From: a virus
Length of the DNA stretch: 64,000 nt
Reading direction: 5' to 3' (one strand)
Virus record (IMG/VR): IMGVR_UViG_3300045241_000217
Location: 32,001-96,000 of that record
In this document: positions 45,168 to 55,022 of the stretch, one piece after another
Numbering within the stretch: the first letter of the stretch is position 1
Layout: every line of letters starts with the position of its first letter
Position numbers and translations under genes: made by a program
Notes under the pieces: generated by a model
The model's database searches: none
Seen by the model: only the letters and a program-made list of their open reading frames with translations
Told to the model about the DNA's origin: nothing

Positions 45168-46868
45168 CTACCCGTTATCGGGTGAGAGCGTGTCGGGGTC
45201 CGGCTGATCGAGGATCCCATCGTAGCCGCGGTGCACGAACGTGAACTGCCGGGGGAACGAGAGCATCAGGCGCGGCCGCTCGAACATGTACATGCGCGTG
45301 ACCTCCGCTGCGTTCTCGATGGGTGCGCGGTCCGCGTAGTCCGAGCACCACCCCTCGCGCTTGGAGATCTCCCACAGCCGATCGTGCCAGGCCCGCACCT
45401 CGCTCGCTGAGCCGAGCTTGCGCATCAGGTAGACATTCGGCGCGTGGCCGAGCTCGTGGCGCAGCACGCGAGGCAGGCGCTCGATGGGCAGCGTCTGCGA
45501 GAGCCGGATCTCGTTGCCCGTCCAGTACGCGAAGTCGTGATCGTCGAGAGGGTTCTGCGCTCGCGGGTGGTCTGTCGTGATCAGCGTCACGCCCACGTCG
45601 CGGCGGAAGAGCGCGGGCGGTGCCTCCTTGCAGATCTGCGCGACCACGGAGTGCATGCGCGGGTCGGCGATGCGGATGGTGAGCGAGTCGCCCGCGATCG
45701 CGTCGTGCGTCATGTGCGGGCGGACGTCCTCGGCCTTCTCGAGCAGGTCGAGCACGTACGGCATCACGTGCCCCGCGCTCTCGCTCTTCCCGATCAGCGA
45801 CTCGGGCACCATGTGGCCCTCGGCGTTGAAGCCCCAGCCGTCGGGGACCTCCACGGTCGTGCAAAAACACCAAGGATGCGTGGGCCCCAGAACCGGCTTC
45901 CACTGCGCCGCTCGTCGTCCGACGTTCGTACCGTTCGCGGCGAGTTCATGGAGCGTGAAGATTCGCGGCGGGCTTCCATGGCCAGCCGTTCGGTAGAACT
46001 CGACGCACCGCTCACACGCGCTCGGTTGCGTGAGACGTGCAACGCGGATGTCTTTCGGATTACGTCCCTCGCTGAGCGCGCGCGCCGTCCCCTCCTCCAT
46101 CGCTGACTGCATCTCGGTCGCAGCCAGGCGATGCATGTCGCGCCCCCAGTCTTGCGTCTCGTGCGCGAGCGTGGAGGCGAGCTTGCGCCACTCGGCTTTC
46201 CGATCGATCGCCGACTCCAGTTCACGCTGCACGCTTCCGATGTACCGCTTGCGGGCCTCGGCATCCGCGTCGAGCACGCTTACCCCGATGTCGTGGGCCA
46301 GCCGCTCGCCGATCCCTCGGATGTACTGACCGGCTTGGGTGCGTGCGGCCTGCATCGCGTGCTCGTCCACGCGCGTCGTCGGGAGCTTGTCCTCGTCCAC
46401 GTAGCGCACGAAGCGCTCGAGGGATGCGTCATCGAGCACGGTCCGCTCGCGCGGATCCTCGCGCTGCATCTCCCCGCTGCGCTTGCCGAGCAGGTACGCG
46501 AGATCCACGACGCGCATGCTCTGCTTCGCGCCAAGAGGCACGAGGCCGGCGCGCTGGAGTCGCTTCAGATCCGCGACGGGCACTGCGTCGTTGCCGAGAG
46601 CGGTCACCGCGAAGGCCAGGTGGTGCTCCCGCACGATCGTCTTGATGGCTTCGAGCTGCTCTGGCGTGAGGAGCGAGAACTTCCGTGGCCCGTCGTCCTC
46701 GGCCTTGGTGAGGCGGGTGCCCGGGACGATCTTGGTGCTCACGTAGCGGAGGAGATCCTCCCAGAGACGGGAGACCGATCGCTGGTAGGAGCGCTCGACG
46801 CGGGCGAGGAGCTCGCGCATCGCTCGCTGCGGGATGCGCTCTTCGGTCTCGTCGTGGGTACCGCTCAC
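45168..46868 (-). CDS. MuF/SPP1-gp7-like head morphogenesis protein fused to a C-terminal zincin metallopeptidase
   Basis: W-x-RD-x-x-RLAATE, AC-x-x-C, GP-x-HPWC-x-C; C-terminal RHELGH...S-x-YA...E-x-x-AE. Confidence 0.8.
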   Translation of the reverse strand: MSGTHDETEERIPQRAMRELLARVERSYQRSVSRLWEDLLRYVSTKIVPGTRLTKAEDDGPRKFSLLTPEQLEAIKTIVREHHLAFAVTALGNDAVPVADLKRLQRAGLVPLGAKQSMRVVDLAYLLGKRSGEMQREDPRERTVLDDASLERFVRYVDEDKLPTTRVDEHAMQAARTQAGQYIRGIGERLAHDIGVSVLDADAEARKRYIGSVQRELESAIDRKAEWRKLASTLAHETQDWGRDMHRLAATEMQSAMEEGTARALSEGRNPKDIRVARLTQPSACERCVEFYRTAGHGSPPRIFTLHELAANGTNVGRRAAQWKPVLGPTHPWCFCTTVEVPDGWGFNAEGHMVPESLIGKSESAGHVMPYVLDLLEKAEDVRPHMTHDAIAGDSLTIRIADPRMHSVVAQICKEAPPALFRRDVGVTLITTDHPRAQNPLDDHDFAYWTGNEIRLSQTLPIERLPRVLRHELGHAPNVYLMRKLGSASEVRAWHDRLWEISKREGWCSDYADRAPIENAAEVTRMYMFERPRLMLSFPRQFTFVHRGYDGILDQPDPDTLSPDNG

Positions 46869-46945
46869 CGCCGGAGTGTGCGCGAAGGCCTCCGGCGTGT
46901 CATGTCTTCGACGCGGCGCGGAGCCGCAGGAACAGGAGCAAGGCG

Positions 46946-47596
46946 ATGACGGTGGTTCTCCTCTCGGGCGGCCAGGACTCGACGACGTGTCTCTTCTGGG
47001 CGAAGCGGCACCTCGGTGGCGCGAAGCCTCCGATCGCGCTCTTCGTGCACTACGGACAGCGCCACGCGCGCGAGTACGAGTCGGCGCGCGTGATCGCAGG
47101 ACTTGCGGAGACGCCGTTCTACGAGGCGCGCGTGGAGTTCCCGACCGCGTCGAGCCTCACGCGCGACGAACCGATCACGACGCGCGCGGACGGGCTGCCC
47201 TCGACGTTCGTCGCGGGCCGCAACGGTGTGCTCCTCTGGCTCGCTGGCGGGCTCGCGAAGGAACACGGGCATGCGTCGATCGTCATCGGCTGCTCGAGCG
47301 TGGACTTCTCGGGCTACCCGGACTGCCGTCCGAAGTACCTCTATCACGAGCGTGACGCGCTTGAACGCGGGCTCGACACGCCGGACTTCCAAGTCCACGC
47401 GCCGCTCATCGATCGCAGCAAGGCGCAGACGGTGAAGATGGCGCGCGAGCTGGGCGAGACGTGTTGGACCGCGCTCGGCATGTCGTGGACCTGCTACCTC
47501 GGCGGAGAACGGCCGTGCGGTACGTGCCCGGCGTGCATGCTCCGCGCGAAGGGCTTCGCGGATGCCGGAGAGGAGGATCCGGCATGCACCCCGTGA
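46946..47596 (+). CDS. queC: 7-cyano-7-deazaguanine synthase
   Basis: LLSGGQDSTTC, YGQRH..E, TFV-x-GRN, YPDCR, SWTCY...CG-x-C-x-AC-x-LR. Confidence 0.95.
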   Translation: MTVVLLSGGQDSTTCLFWAKRHLGGAKPPIALFVHYGQRHAREYESARVIAGLAETPFYEARVEFPTASSLTRDEPITTRADGLPSTFVAGRNGVLLWLAGGLAKEHGHASIVIGCSSVDFSGYPDCRPKYLYHERDALERGLDTPDFQVHAPLIDRSKAQTVKMARELGETCWTALGMSWTCYLGGERPCGTCPACMLRAKGFADAGEEDPACTP

Positions 47597-47991
47597 CCGT
47601 CTCCATCGCTCGCGTCTACACCGCCGAGTGCTCGCACGTTCTGCCGAACGTCCCGAAGGGTCACAAGTGCGGCCGCGTGCACGGACACTCCTACGCGTTC
47701 GAGATCGAGTTGAGCGGCCGCGTGGACACCACGCTCGGGTGGCTCGTGGACTTCGCCCACCTAGACGAAGTCGCGAAAACGATGATCGTCAGCAAGCTAG
47801 ACCATCACCACCTGAACGACGTGGAGGGCCTGGCGAATCCCACGAGCGAGGTGCTCGCGTTCTGGATCTGGAAGCGCCTCTCGGTTTACGGGTGGCCCAC
47901 CGGCGTCTCACTCTCGCGTGTGACCGTCAGGGAGACGAAGCGCTCGTCGGCCACCATCCGAGGGGACGTACCAGATCGCGACGGACGGTGA
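47584..47991 (+). CDS. queD: 6-carboxytetrahydropterin synthase
   Basis: H-x-LP...HKCGRVHGHSY, DF, LDHH-x-LN, NPTSE, V-x-ET; GAGGAG SD. Confidence 0.93.
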   Translation: MHPVTVSIARVYTAECSHVLPNVPKGHKCGRVHGHSYAFEIELSGRVDTTLGWLVDFAHLDEVAKTMIVSKLDHHHLNDVEGLANPTSEVLAFWIWKRLSVYGWPTGVSLSRVTVRETKRSSATIRGDVPDRDGR

Positions 47992-48767
47992 CGTTCCGCT
48001 TCTACCTCGGCACGCACATGCCGAACTGGATGGCCGACGAGCGCTTCGCCGACGTGCCGCTCTTCGTCTCGCGTCGGCGTCTTGAGGAACGCAAGACGCT
48101 CCCGCGCGCGGTCGGCGACTGGGCACTCGACTCGGGGGGGTTCACCGAGCTCTCGCTGAACGGTGCGTGGCTGCTCTCGCCGAAGGCGTACGTGGCCTTC
48201 GTGCGGCGTGCTCGCGACGAGATCGGTCGTCTCTCGTGGGCCGCTCCGCAAGACTGGATGTGCGAGCCGGTGATCCTGGAGAAGACGGGGCGCACGGTCG
48301 AGCAGCACGTCGCGCTCACAGTGCAGAACCTGCTCGACCTGCGCGCGCTCGATCCGAGCCTGCCCATCGCACCCGTCGTACAGGGCTGGACGTACGCGGA
48401 CTACATGCGGTGCGTCGAGGCCTACGACCGCGCCGGCATCGATCTCTCGCGCGAGCCCGTCGTGGGCGTGGGGACCATGTGCAGACGCCAGGAGACGCAC
48501 GAGGCGGAGCGCGTCCTACGCGCGTTGCGCCGCATGGACATCCGCCTACACGCGTTCGGCGCGAAGACCGTGGGCCTACAGCGCTACCACGACGCGCTCG
48601 CGTCCTCGGACTCGATGTCGTGGTCGTACCGAGCACGACGCGCCGACCCGTTGCTCGGGTGCAGCCATGCGTCGTGCTCGAACTGCCCGCTCTTCGCCCT
48701 ACGCTGGCGCGAGAACGTGCTGCGACGGATGGAGCAGCCGCACCAGTTGGATCTCGTCGGGACCTAG
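47988..48767 (+). CDS. TGT-like base-exchange enzyme (DpdA-like), putative DNA 7-deazaguanine insertase
   Basis: ALDSGGF, QDWMCEP, PVVQG, VGVG, LHAFG-x-K, SSDSMSW; GTGA-coupled to queD. Confidence 0.75.
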   Translation: MTFRFYLGTHMPNWMADERFADVPLFVSRRRLEERKTLPRAVGDWALDSGGFTELSLNGAWLLSPKAYVAFVRRARDEIGRLSWAAPQDWMCEPVILEKTGRTVEQHVALTVQNLLDLRALDPSLPIAPVVQGWTYADYMRCVEAYDRAGIDLSREPVVGVGTMCRRQETHEAERVLRALRRMDIRLHAFGAKTVGLQRYHDALASSDSMSWSYRARRADPLLGCSHASCSNCPLFALRWRENVLRRMEQPHQLDLVGT

Positions 48768-48808
48768 CAGGTGGGCGGAGGCGTGGTCACCACGTCGCCC
48801 GCTACCGC
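48764..48808 (-). pseudogene. Orphan duplicate of the last 14 codons of gene 49428-50219
   Basis: Encodes AVAGDVVTTPPPTC* versus AVCGDVVTTPPPSC*, with different synonymous codons. Confidence 0.8.
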
Positions 48809-48882
48809 GTGCTACGAATAGTTCGGCCCGCATCGTGTGATGGCGACGCGGACCGATGCCCAACCTGATCAGAGGTCGAGAC
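48808..48882 (+). promoter_or_regulatory. Conserved HNH-gene leader, copy 3
   Basis: CGTGCTACGAATAGTTCGGCCCGC + hairpins + GAGACATG. Confidence 0.65.
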
Positions 48883-49476
48883 ATGGCGAAGCTAGCACGT
48901 GCGATCGATGGTCGCGTCGCAGCCAACATGGCGCGCACGCGTCCGCTCGCTGAGCGGTTCAATGAGAAGGTGGATCGCGGCGGCGGTCCCGACGCCTGCT
49001 GGTTGTGGACTGCGCACCGGCACCAAGGCTACGGGGTGATCAAGGTTCTGGGACGACTGCGCAAGGCGCACCACGTCGCGTGGGAACTGCACCACGATCA
49101 GCCTCTGCCGGCGCTGATGTATCCGCGCTCCAACACCGTCGTCAGGCACTCGTGCGACAACCCTCCGTGCTGCAATCCGGCGCACCTGCATCGGTCCACG
49201 CAAGTCGCGAACATCCGCGACATGAACCGCAAGGGTCGGCGCCGAGGAGGGCCTCAGCCACCGCGCAATCGCTTCGGAGAGGCGAACCCGTTCTGCCGAG
49301 TCTCCGACGCCAACGTCACACTCATCCGACACTCGGCGGAGTGCGCCCGCGTCCTTGCGGAGCGCTACGGTCTGAGCCGCAGTCACGTCTACAAGATCAA
49401 GTGGGGCCTCGCGCGAACCGGTCCACCTCAGCAAGAGGGTGGCGGGGTCGTCACGACATCCCCGCAGACCGCATAG
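48883..49476 (+). CDS. HNH homing endonuclease
   Basis: CWLWT...GYG...AH...VRHSCDNPPCCNPAHL...N. Confidence 0.88.
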   Translation: MAKLARAIDGRVAANMARTRPLAERFNEKVDRGGGPDACWLWTAHRHQGYGVIKVLGRLRKAHHVAWELHHDQPLPALMYPRSNTVVRHSCDNPPCCNPAHLHRSTQVANIRDMNRKGRRRGGPQPPRNRFGEANPFCRVSDANVTLIRHSAECARVLAERYGLSRSHVYKIKWGLARTGPPQQEGGGVVTTSPQTA

Positions 49477-50219
49477 ACGACCTCGATTGTGTTGTCCGGA
49501 TCGAGGTTGTCGATCGTGAGCGCCGACGTCGCCATCGTGGCGAACACGAAGGCCCGCACGCTCGCCGCTTCATCGCTCGCGCTGGTGCTCGCCGGCAGGA
49601 GCGAGGTGAGCGGGGTCTGGCCCGGGGTGCTGTTCGTGCCAGACACGACGCCCACGCTCAGGCCGAGCGCGGTGAGCACCGAGCCGGTCGTGGTGTTGAG
49701 CACCTCCACGGACGACGTGCTGCCAGACGTCGGCGAGATCAGTCGGAGCTGGTTGCTCCCGTTGTTGCGCGCGATCGTCCACGGCACCGTCCCCTGAAGG
49801 ATCGGGATGAGCACGCCCACGCTGTTGATGCGACCCGTGACCTGCACGAGGCTCTGATCGCCGATCAGGAACGGCACCGTCACCACCGTGCCGTCGATCT
49901 TGAGATCCAGGTGCTCACCGCCAGCGAAGCCCGTCGGGTAGCTGCCGCCGACGCCGTCCTTGTGCGCCACCGTCGCGGCCGCTCCGCCGGGGTTCAGCCG
50001 GAACGCGCCACTGGCCTTCACGTACACGAGGCGCGCTTGGGACACGGCGCCGAAGGGCAGGCTCACGCCGCTCGCGCCAGCGTCGATCGTGAGCGTGCCG
50101 CTCTCCGCGTGGTCGAGCGTGTCGAGCAACTGCGTGAAGTCCTCGTCGAACGTGAGGAGCGAGAGACTGTTGTCCCGCCCGAGCTGCAAGATGATCTCGA
50201 CGTTGCTGCGGATGCCCAT
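49428..50219 (-). CDS. Virion structural protein (putative)
   Basis: Beta-rich, directly after the portal; L-x-L-x-S-x-T-x-G-x-x-SSV...ALGL motif. Confidence 0.6.
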   Translation of the reverse strand: MGIRSNVEIILQLGRDNSLSLLTFDEDFTQLLDTLDHAESGTLTIDAGASGVSLPFGAVSQARLVYVKASGAFRLNPGGAAATVAHKDGVGGSYPTGFAGGEHLDLKIDGTVVTVPFLIGDQSLVQVTGRINSVGVLIPILQGTVPWTIARNNGSNQLRLISPTSGSTSSVEVLNTTTGSVLTALGLSVGVVSGTNSTPGQTPLTSLLPASTSASDEAASVRAFVFATMATSALTIDNLDPDNTIEVVYAVCGDVVTTPPPSC

Positions 50220-50237
50220 GGTGTGTTCCCTCGCGGC

Positions 50238-52229
50238 TCAGGAGAGCCAGTGATCGATGCGGCCGAGACGGTGGTTCGTGAGGCTCTTGCCGAACGGCGG
50301 AGCGCCAGGCTTCTTGGGTGGCCCGCCGAAGGGCGTGGGCTTCTTCTTCGCGGCCGCGCCGGCGCCGAAGAAGTTCTTGGAGCCGGGTGGAGCTCCACCG
50401 GGTTCCGGCTGCTCACCGGCATCGGGCTGTTCTTCGTCGGTTGGCGGAGTGTTCTCGTCGTCGCCCTCGTCCTCGTCGCCGGACTCGCCCTCACCATCAT
50501 CGTCACCCTGGCCGTGGCCGGCGCCGAAGAGATCGTCGTACGTGTTCTCGCCCTGTCCCTCGCCCGGGGGCTGGTTCGGATCACCAGGCGGTGCGCCGGG
50601 GGTGCCGGGCATCCCGCCCGCGGCCTGCTGCGCCGCTGCGTCGGCTGCCGCTTGCTGGGCCTGCGCCCACTGGATCCAGTTCGAGTCGAGGATGACGTCG
50701 CCGAGCTTGCCCTCCAGCGGCGGGAGATCCTCCTCGGCGCGCGCCTCGTTCACGGTCATCGTGCTCTTCACGCGAGCCTGACGGCCCTCGCGCTCTTCCT
50801 TCTCGCTCTCGGCGTCGTAGCCGCCCCACACGAACTCGAAGTCCGGGTTGAGCCCCTGGATGATGTGGCGGTTGAAGTAGTCCGCCGAGTGATCGAGGAG
50901 CGGGAGCAGGCCCTTGTCCTTGCTCTCCTTCACTTCCTCTTCGTTCGGTCGTGACTGCCCCATCGAGGACGTCTGGCCGCTGTTGCCGAAGATGAAGTTG
51001 ATCTCCGTCGGGTCCACGCCGTAGAGCGCGGTGGTCAGCTTGCACAGCCAGTCCATCCAGGCTCCGAACTCCATGTCCTTGTTGCCCATCTGCATGGGCA
51101 CCCACTGGAGATCCTCGGAGTTGACGATCGGCGTCTTCCACGCGTTCGCGTTGCCGGCGACCATCGTGTACCACATGCGGCGGAACGCTCGGAGCTGACG
51201 GTCTGGGATCGCGCCCTTGATGTTGATCAGGCCCTTGATGCTCGCGCCGTTGCGGAAGTAGTTCGAGTTGTGCTGGAAGCCCCACAGCCACGCGGTGACG
51301 AGCGAGACCATCTGCTCGAGCGGTGAGAGCCCGAAGCCGTTCACGCGAATGTCGCTGCGCGGGTTCATCACGCCCCACGCGAGCTCGTCGCTGGAGAACT
51401 CGGCGATCACCGTCTGCTCGTAGACCTGGACGTACGCGATGCGCGAGCGAAGCTCCTCTGGATCCATGTGCTCGATGTCCGACACCGCCGGTCGGATCGT
51501 CTCGCTCGGCAGCATCACGAAGCGCGACGGCTTGCCGCCTCGATCGCGGATGAGCTCCACCGCGGCCTGGTCGTACGTGAGCGTGTCGCGCACGAACTTC
51601 TTGCACAGCGTGCGGAACGAGTCGCGATCGCGCGGGAACTCGCTGGGCAAGAGCGCGCCCGTCGTCTCCAAGTAGCGCTCGATGGCCTCGGCCTCGCGCT
51701 GCTCGACGGGGCTCATGCCCTTCTTCGACTTCTGACGATCCCGGTGCGCGATCTTGAAGCCACGGTCGAACTTCGTCTTCTGCGGCGTGCAGAAGGACGC
51801 GACCTGGTTGATCCGCAGGTTGATGATCGCCCCCACCACGGGGTTCGTGATGCTCATCGTGCGCAGCGTGTCGTACGTCAGTGCCGAGGGGCGGTTGCGC
51901 CAGCCGCCCCAGTCCACCGCCGAGTAGGGGTCGTGGAACATTGCGCGCGGCTTGTCGGTCGTGGGCTCGACGATCTGTAGCGGGGCTTGTCCGGCGAGCT
52001 GCATCCCCGTGCCTGGTTGCTGCTGACCCTGCTGCGGCGGAGGGAAGCCGCCGCGCTGCGGCTCGCGCATGCCGCGCCGCTCGAGCAACGCGTTCATGTC
52101 CTGCTCGGACACGTCGTCGTCGGGCCCGGGACCGTCCTCGTCGTCGGCGGAGTCGTCCTCCTCGTCGTCGAGCCCCGGTGGCCGCCCGGCCTTGATCAGC
52201 CGGGCCCGTAGTTCTTCGCGCCAGCCCAT
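50238..52229 (-). CDS. Portal protein
   Basis: AII-x-x-R-x-x-QV, D-x-LTYDQ, NPRSD...G-x-G-x-SPLE, YF-x-x-G...G-x-I, WKTP, DME...E-x-SKDKGL-x-PLL. Confidence 0.93.
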   Translation of the reverse strand: MGWREELRARLIKAGRPPGLDDEEDDSADDEDGPGPDDDVSEQDMNALLERRGMREPQRGGFPPPQQGQQQPGTGMQLAGQAPLQIVEPTTDKPRAMFHDPYSAVDWGGWRNRPSALTYDTLRTMSITNPVVGAIINLRINQVASFCTPQKTKFDRGFKIAHRDRQKSKKGMSPVEQREAEAIERYLETTGALLPSEFPRDRDSFRTLCKKFVRDTLTYDQAAVELIRDRGGKPSRFVMLPSETIRPAVSDIEHMDPEELRSRIAYVQVYEQTVIAEFSSDELAWGVMNPRSDIRVNGFGLSPLEQMVSLVTAWLWGFQHNSNYFRNGASIKGLINIKGAIPDRQLRAFRRMWYTMVAGNANAWKTPIVNSEDLQWVPMQMGNKDMEFGAWMDWLCKLTTALYGVDPTEINFIFGNSGQTSSMGQSRPNEEEVKESKDKGLLPLLDHSADYFNRHIIQGLNPDFEFVWGGYDAESEKEEREGRQARVKSTMTVNEARAEEDLPPLEGKLGDVILDSNWIQWAQAQQAAADAAAQQAAGGMPGTPGAPPGDPNQPPGEGQGENTYDDLFGAGHGQGDDDGEGESGDEDEGDDENTPPTDEEQPDAGEQPEPGGAPPGSKNFFGAGAAAKKKPTPFGGPPKKPGAPPFGKSLTNHRLGRIDHWLS

Positions 52230-52235
52230 CGGGGA

Positions 52236-55022
52236 TCAGCCGGGAGCGTTGCAGGTGCAGGGCAGCATGCCGTGGTTGAGCATCTGCGCCTTGTGGATGT
52301 CGCGCCCGTCGTGGATGGGACACGATCCGATCGGCGCCCGGTCCGGCACTCCCGAGAGGCCCTCGCCCCACTGCGCGTGCGCCGCGCGTCGGTGAGCGGC
52401 CGCGAGGAGCTCGTGCGGGTCCTGCGCGTCCTCGCTCTTCACCATGTCGCCCGCGGGCTGCTCGACGGGTCCGCGGACCGTGAGGCCCGGGACGGCGAAG
52501 ATGTCGTGCGCGAGGAACGGCGTGGTTGGGTGCGAATAGGCGAAGCCCTCTCGCGCGAGCAGGCCAGCGCCCATCGCGCCCAGGCCGTCGTCGGTGAAGT
52601 CGCTGTCGGCGCGGGGCTTGTAGTACCCCTTCTCCACCAGGAGCTTCTCGACCGTCACGGTGGTGACCGAGAACTTCTTGCACGCGCGGAGCAGGTTCCC
52701 GTTGTAGGGGATCATCTCGACGAGCGCGTGCATCACACTCTGCGCCATCGTCTTCACCTGGTCGTGAGCGTCGAGCTTGCTGTGCTGGACCTCGGTGGAC
52801 TCCGCCTCGTACGCCTGCTCGATGAAGCCGCAGAGGTAGTCGTAGAGGAGATCGTCGGGCACCGCGTGAGTCGAGCCCTCGGTGGGAAGCCGGTAGGCGT
52901 ACAGACCCTTCTTGAGGGGGCGGCCGGCGGTGTCGGTGATCGTCTCGATGTGCATGCTCTTGTCGATGTCCACGTCTACTGCCTTCTGCCGATGTTTCGC
53001 GGCGTCTTCGCGGTGGGCCTTCGCGCTCGGGCCGTTGCCGATCTTCTCGTGGGCCTTCGCCGCGAACTCGTGCGTCTGCGCTGCGTAGCGATGACCGCCC
53101 GGGGTCTTCTTCGCGTTGGCCACGTCGTCGCCGGCGTACGCAGCCTCGCTCCAGTGCCCAGCGGACATCTCGTGATCGCCGTGCTTCGCGTGGAAGTTGG
53201 CCGCCGCCTTGTGGGCGGAGTGCTTCTCGTCGGGCGTGCTCGCCGCTTCGATCCGCGGACCGATCTCGCGGAACTCGGCGTTCTTCCGCGCGGTGACTTC
53301 CGCGGGATGGAGCGGAGCGGAGCCGCCCGGATACGAGGAGGCCTTGATGTTGGCGCTCGCGTGCGACTGCGCGTCGCGAGCGCCGTCGCCGGCCGCTTCA
53401 GCGTGCGCCGCGTGGAGAGCCTTGGCGGTGACCGGCTCACCGTCGGCGTGCATCTGGTCGGCGGTCGCACGCACGGCCGCGATGTCCGCTGGATGCGTGA
53501 GGCCGAGTTTCTTCGCCGCGAGTGCGACCGCTTGCTCGTGACCGTCCCCAGTGACGGACCTCGACTCCATCGAGTGTTCCGTTGCGCGGACCCCGTGCTG
53601 CTTCGCCTCCCCCTCGTGAAAGCGCTTCGCGTCCTCGGAGCGCGCAGCGGCCGCACGCTCGCTGTGCATGTTCGCCGCTCCACGGTGCGCATCCATCGCG
53701 AGCCGATGCTGGTTCGGATCGCGGCTCTCGTCGGCGCGCTTCGAGAACACCTCGGCGTGCTTGCTGGCCCCCATGGTGTTCGCGTAGCTGGGGGGCTTCG
53801 GCTTCTTGGCCTTGATCGCCGCCGTCTCTGCATTGAGACGCGCCGTGTGTGCCTTCGTTCGCTCCTTCGCGGAGCTCGCCTCGCGCGACTTGGCGCTCGG
53901 GTCGGATGCGGCGTCTTGCAGCGCGTCCTTGTGCATCGCGTGCACGTGCTCGTCGTTCCCCCACCCGGGGTTCTGGTGCATGTGGACACCGCCGCCGGCG
54001 TGCGCGTACGCCTTGCCGTGCTCGGTCTCCATCGTCCCCTGCTCGTTGCCACGGACGGCGACCGTGTGGTGCTCGCCGGTCTTCGGGTGCGCGTACACGT
54101 AGTCGAAGCCGTGCCCATTCGCCTTCTTGCTGAGGTACTTGTGACCCGCGCTCTTCGCGAACGGCTCGAGGCTCTTCACCAGCGCGTCGAGATCCGAGAG
54201 CGCGTCGTGGCTCTTCACGGCCTCGCTCGCTCGCGCCTCGACTGCTCGGGGCCGACTAGCGAGCGGAGCTCCCTGCGGCGCGGCGGGTGCCACGGGCTTG
54301 CTCACCGGCTTGGCTGCTCGCGGCCGCGCGACGGGGGCATCTTCACCGTCGTCGGCAGCGGGTGCGGAGAGGGACGCGATCGTGCGTTCCGCGTCCTCCA
54401 TCATCGCCGCCATCGAGGCCTCGAAGTCGATCCAGCCACCGGCGCCGCCGCCGCGCTGGCTCATCTTCGCCGCCTGCCCTGGCTTGGGGGCCTCCACCTC
54501 GTGCGCGGTCTCGGTGATGGGCTTCACCGGCTCGGGCTCGTCGTCCGCGTTGGGGCGTCCGAAGTCCCCGCCGTAGAACGCTGCGAGCTGGTTCGCGAAC
54601 GGCAGAGCGCGCGTCATCTTGCCGAAGGGCTGGCCCGCGGGCTGGGCGTTCGAGCGGCCCTGCGGCACGCTCGCGGCGTTGCTGCCCTCGAACGGGTCGT
54701 CTCCCTGGATCCCCGGCTCGTACGGGCGCCCGGTGCCGTCGCCGGTGCCATCGGGCTGGCGGTCGTCGTACTTGCCGTGCATCGGCGTGGCTGCCGAGCG
54801 GCCGCCGAAGTGCGCGTCGGCGGGGTTGTCGCGGTCCGCCCACTCGGCCTTCGCGAGGAACTCGTCCTTCACGATCGCGTGCCCGAAGTGCGCCTCGAAG
54901 TCGATGAACTTCCCGCTCTTGGGATCGCCGACGAAGTTCGAGGGCGAGAAGTTTCCGGGGGGCAGCGCCACGCCGCGAGGGCCACGGGGCGTGATGATGT
55001 TGGGATCGCGGGGGGCGTTCAT
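52236..55022 (-). CDS. Large putative internal head protein (His/Ala-rich helical repeats)
   Basis: 928 aa adjacent to the portal; several x-x-K-[SA] motifs; GHKY...Y-x-Y module. Confidence 0.65.
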   Translation of the reverse strand: MNAPRDPNIITPRGPRGVALPPGNFSPSNFVGDPKSGKFIDFEAHFGHAIVKDEFLAKAEWADRDNPADAHFGGRSAATPMHGKYDDRQPDGTGDGTGRPYEPGIQGDDPFEGSNAASVPQGRSNAQPAGQPFGKMTRALPFANQLAAFYGGDFGRPNADDEPEPVKPITETAHEVEAPKPGQAAKMSQRGGGAGGWIDFEASMAAMMEDAERTIASLSAPAADDGEDAPVARPRAAKPVSKPVAPAAPQGAPLASRPRAVEARASEAVKSHDALSDLDALVKSLEPFAKSAGHKYLSKKANGHGFDYVYAHPKTGEHHTVAVRGNEQGTMETEHGKAYAHAGGGVHMHQNPGWGNDEHVHAMHKDALQDAASDPSAKSREASSAKERTKAHTARLNAETAAIKAKKPKPPSYANTMGASKHAEVFSKRADESRDPNQHRLAMDAHRGAANMHSERAAAARSEDAKRFHEGEAKQHGVRATEHSMESRSVTGDGHEQAVALAAKKLGLTHPADIAAVRATADQMHADGEPVTAKALHAAHAEAAGDGARDAQSHASANIKASSYPGGSAPLHPAEVTARKNAEFREIGPRIEAASTPDEKHSAHKAAANFHAKHGDHEMSAGHWSEAAYAGDDVANAKKTPGGHRYAAQTHEFAAKAHEKIGNGPSAKAHREDAAKHRQKAVDVDIDKSMHIETITDTAGRPLKKGLYAYRLPTEGSTHAVPDDLLYDYLCGFIEQAYEAESTEVQHSKLDAHDQVKTMAQSVMHALVEMIPYNGNLLRACKKFSVTTVTVEKLLVEKGYYKPRADSDFTDDGLGAMGAGLLAREGFAYSHPTTPFLAHDIFAVPGLTVRGPVEQPAGDMVKSEDAQDPHELLAAAHRRAAHAQWGEGLSGVPDRAPIGSCPIHDGRDIHKAQMLNHGMLPCTCNAPG

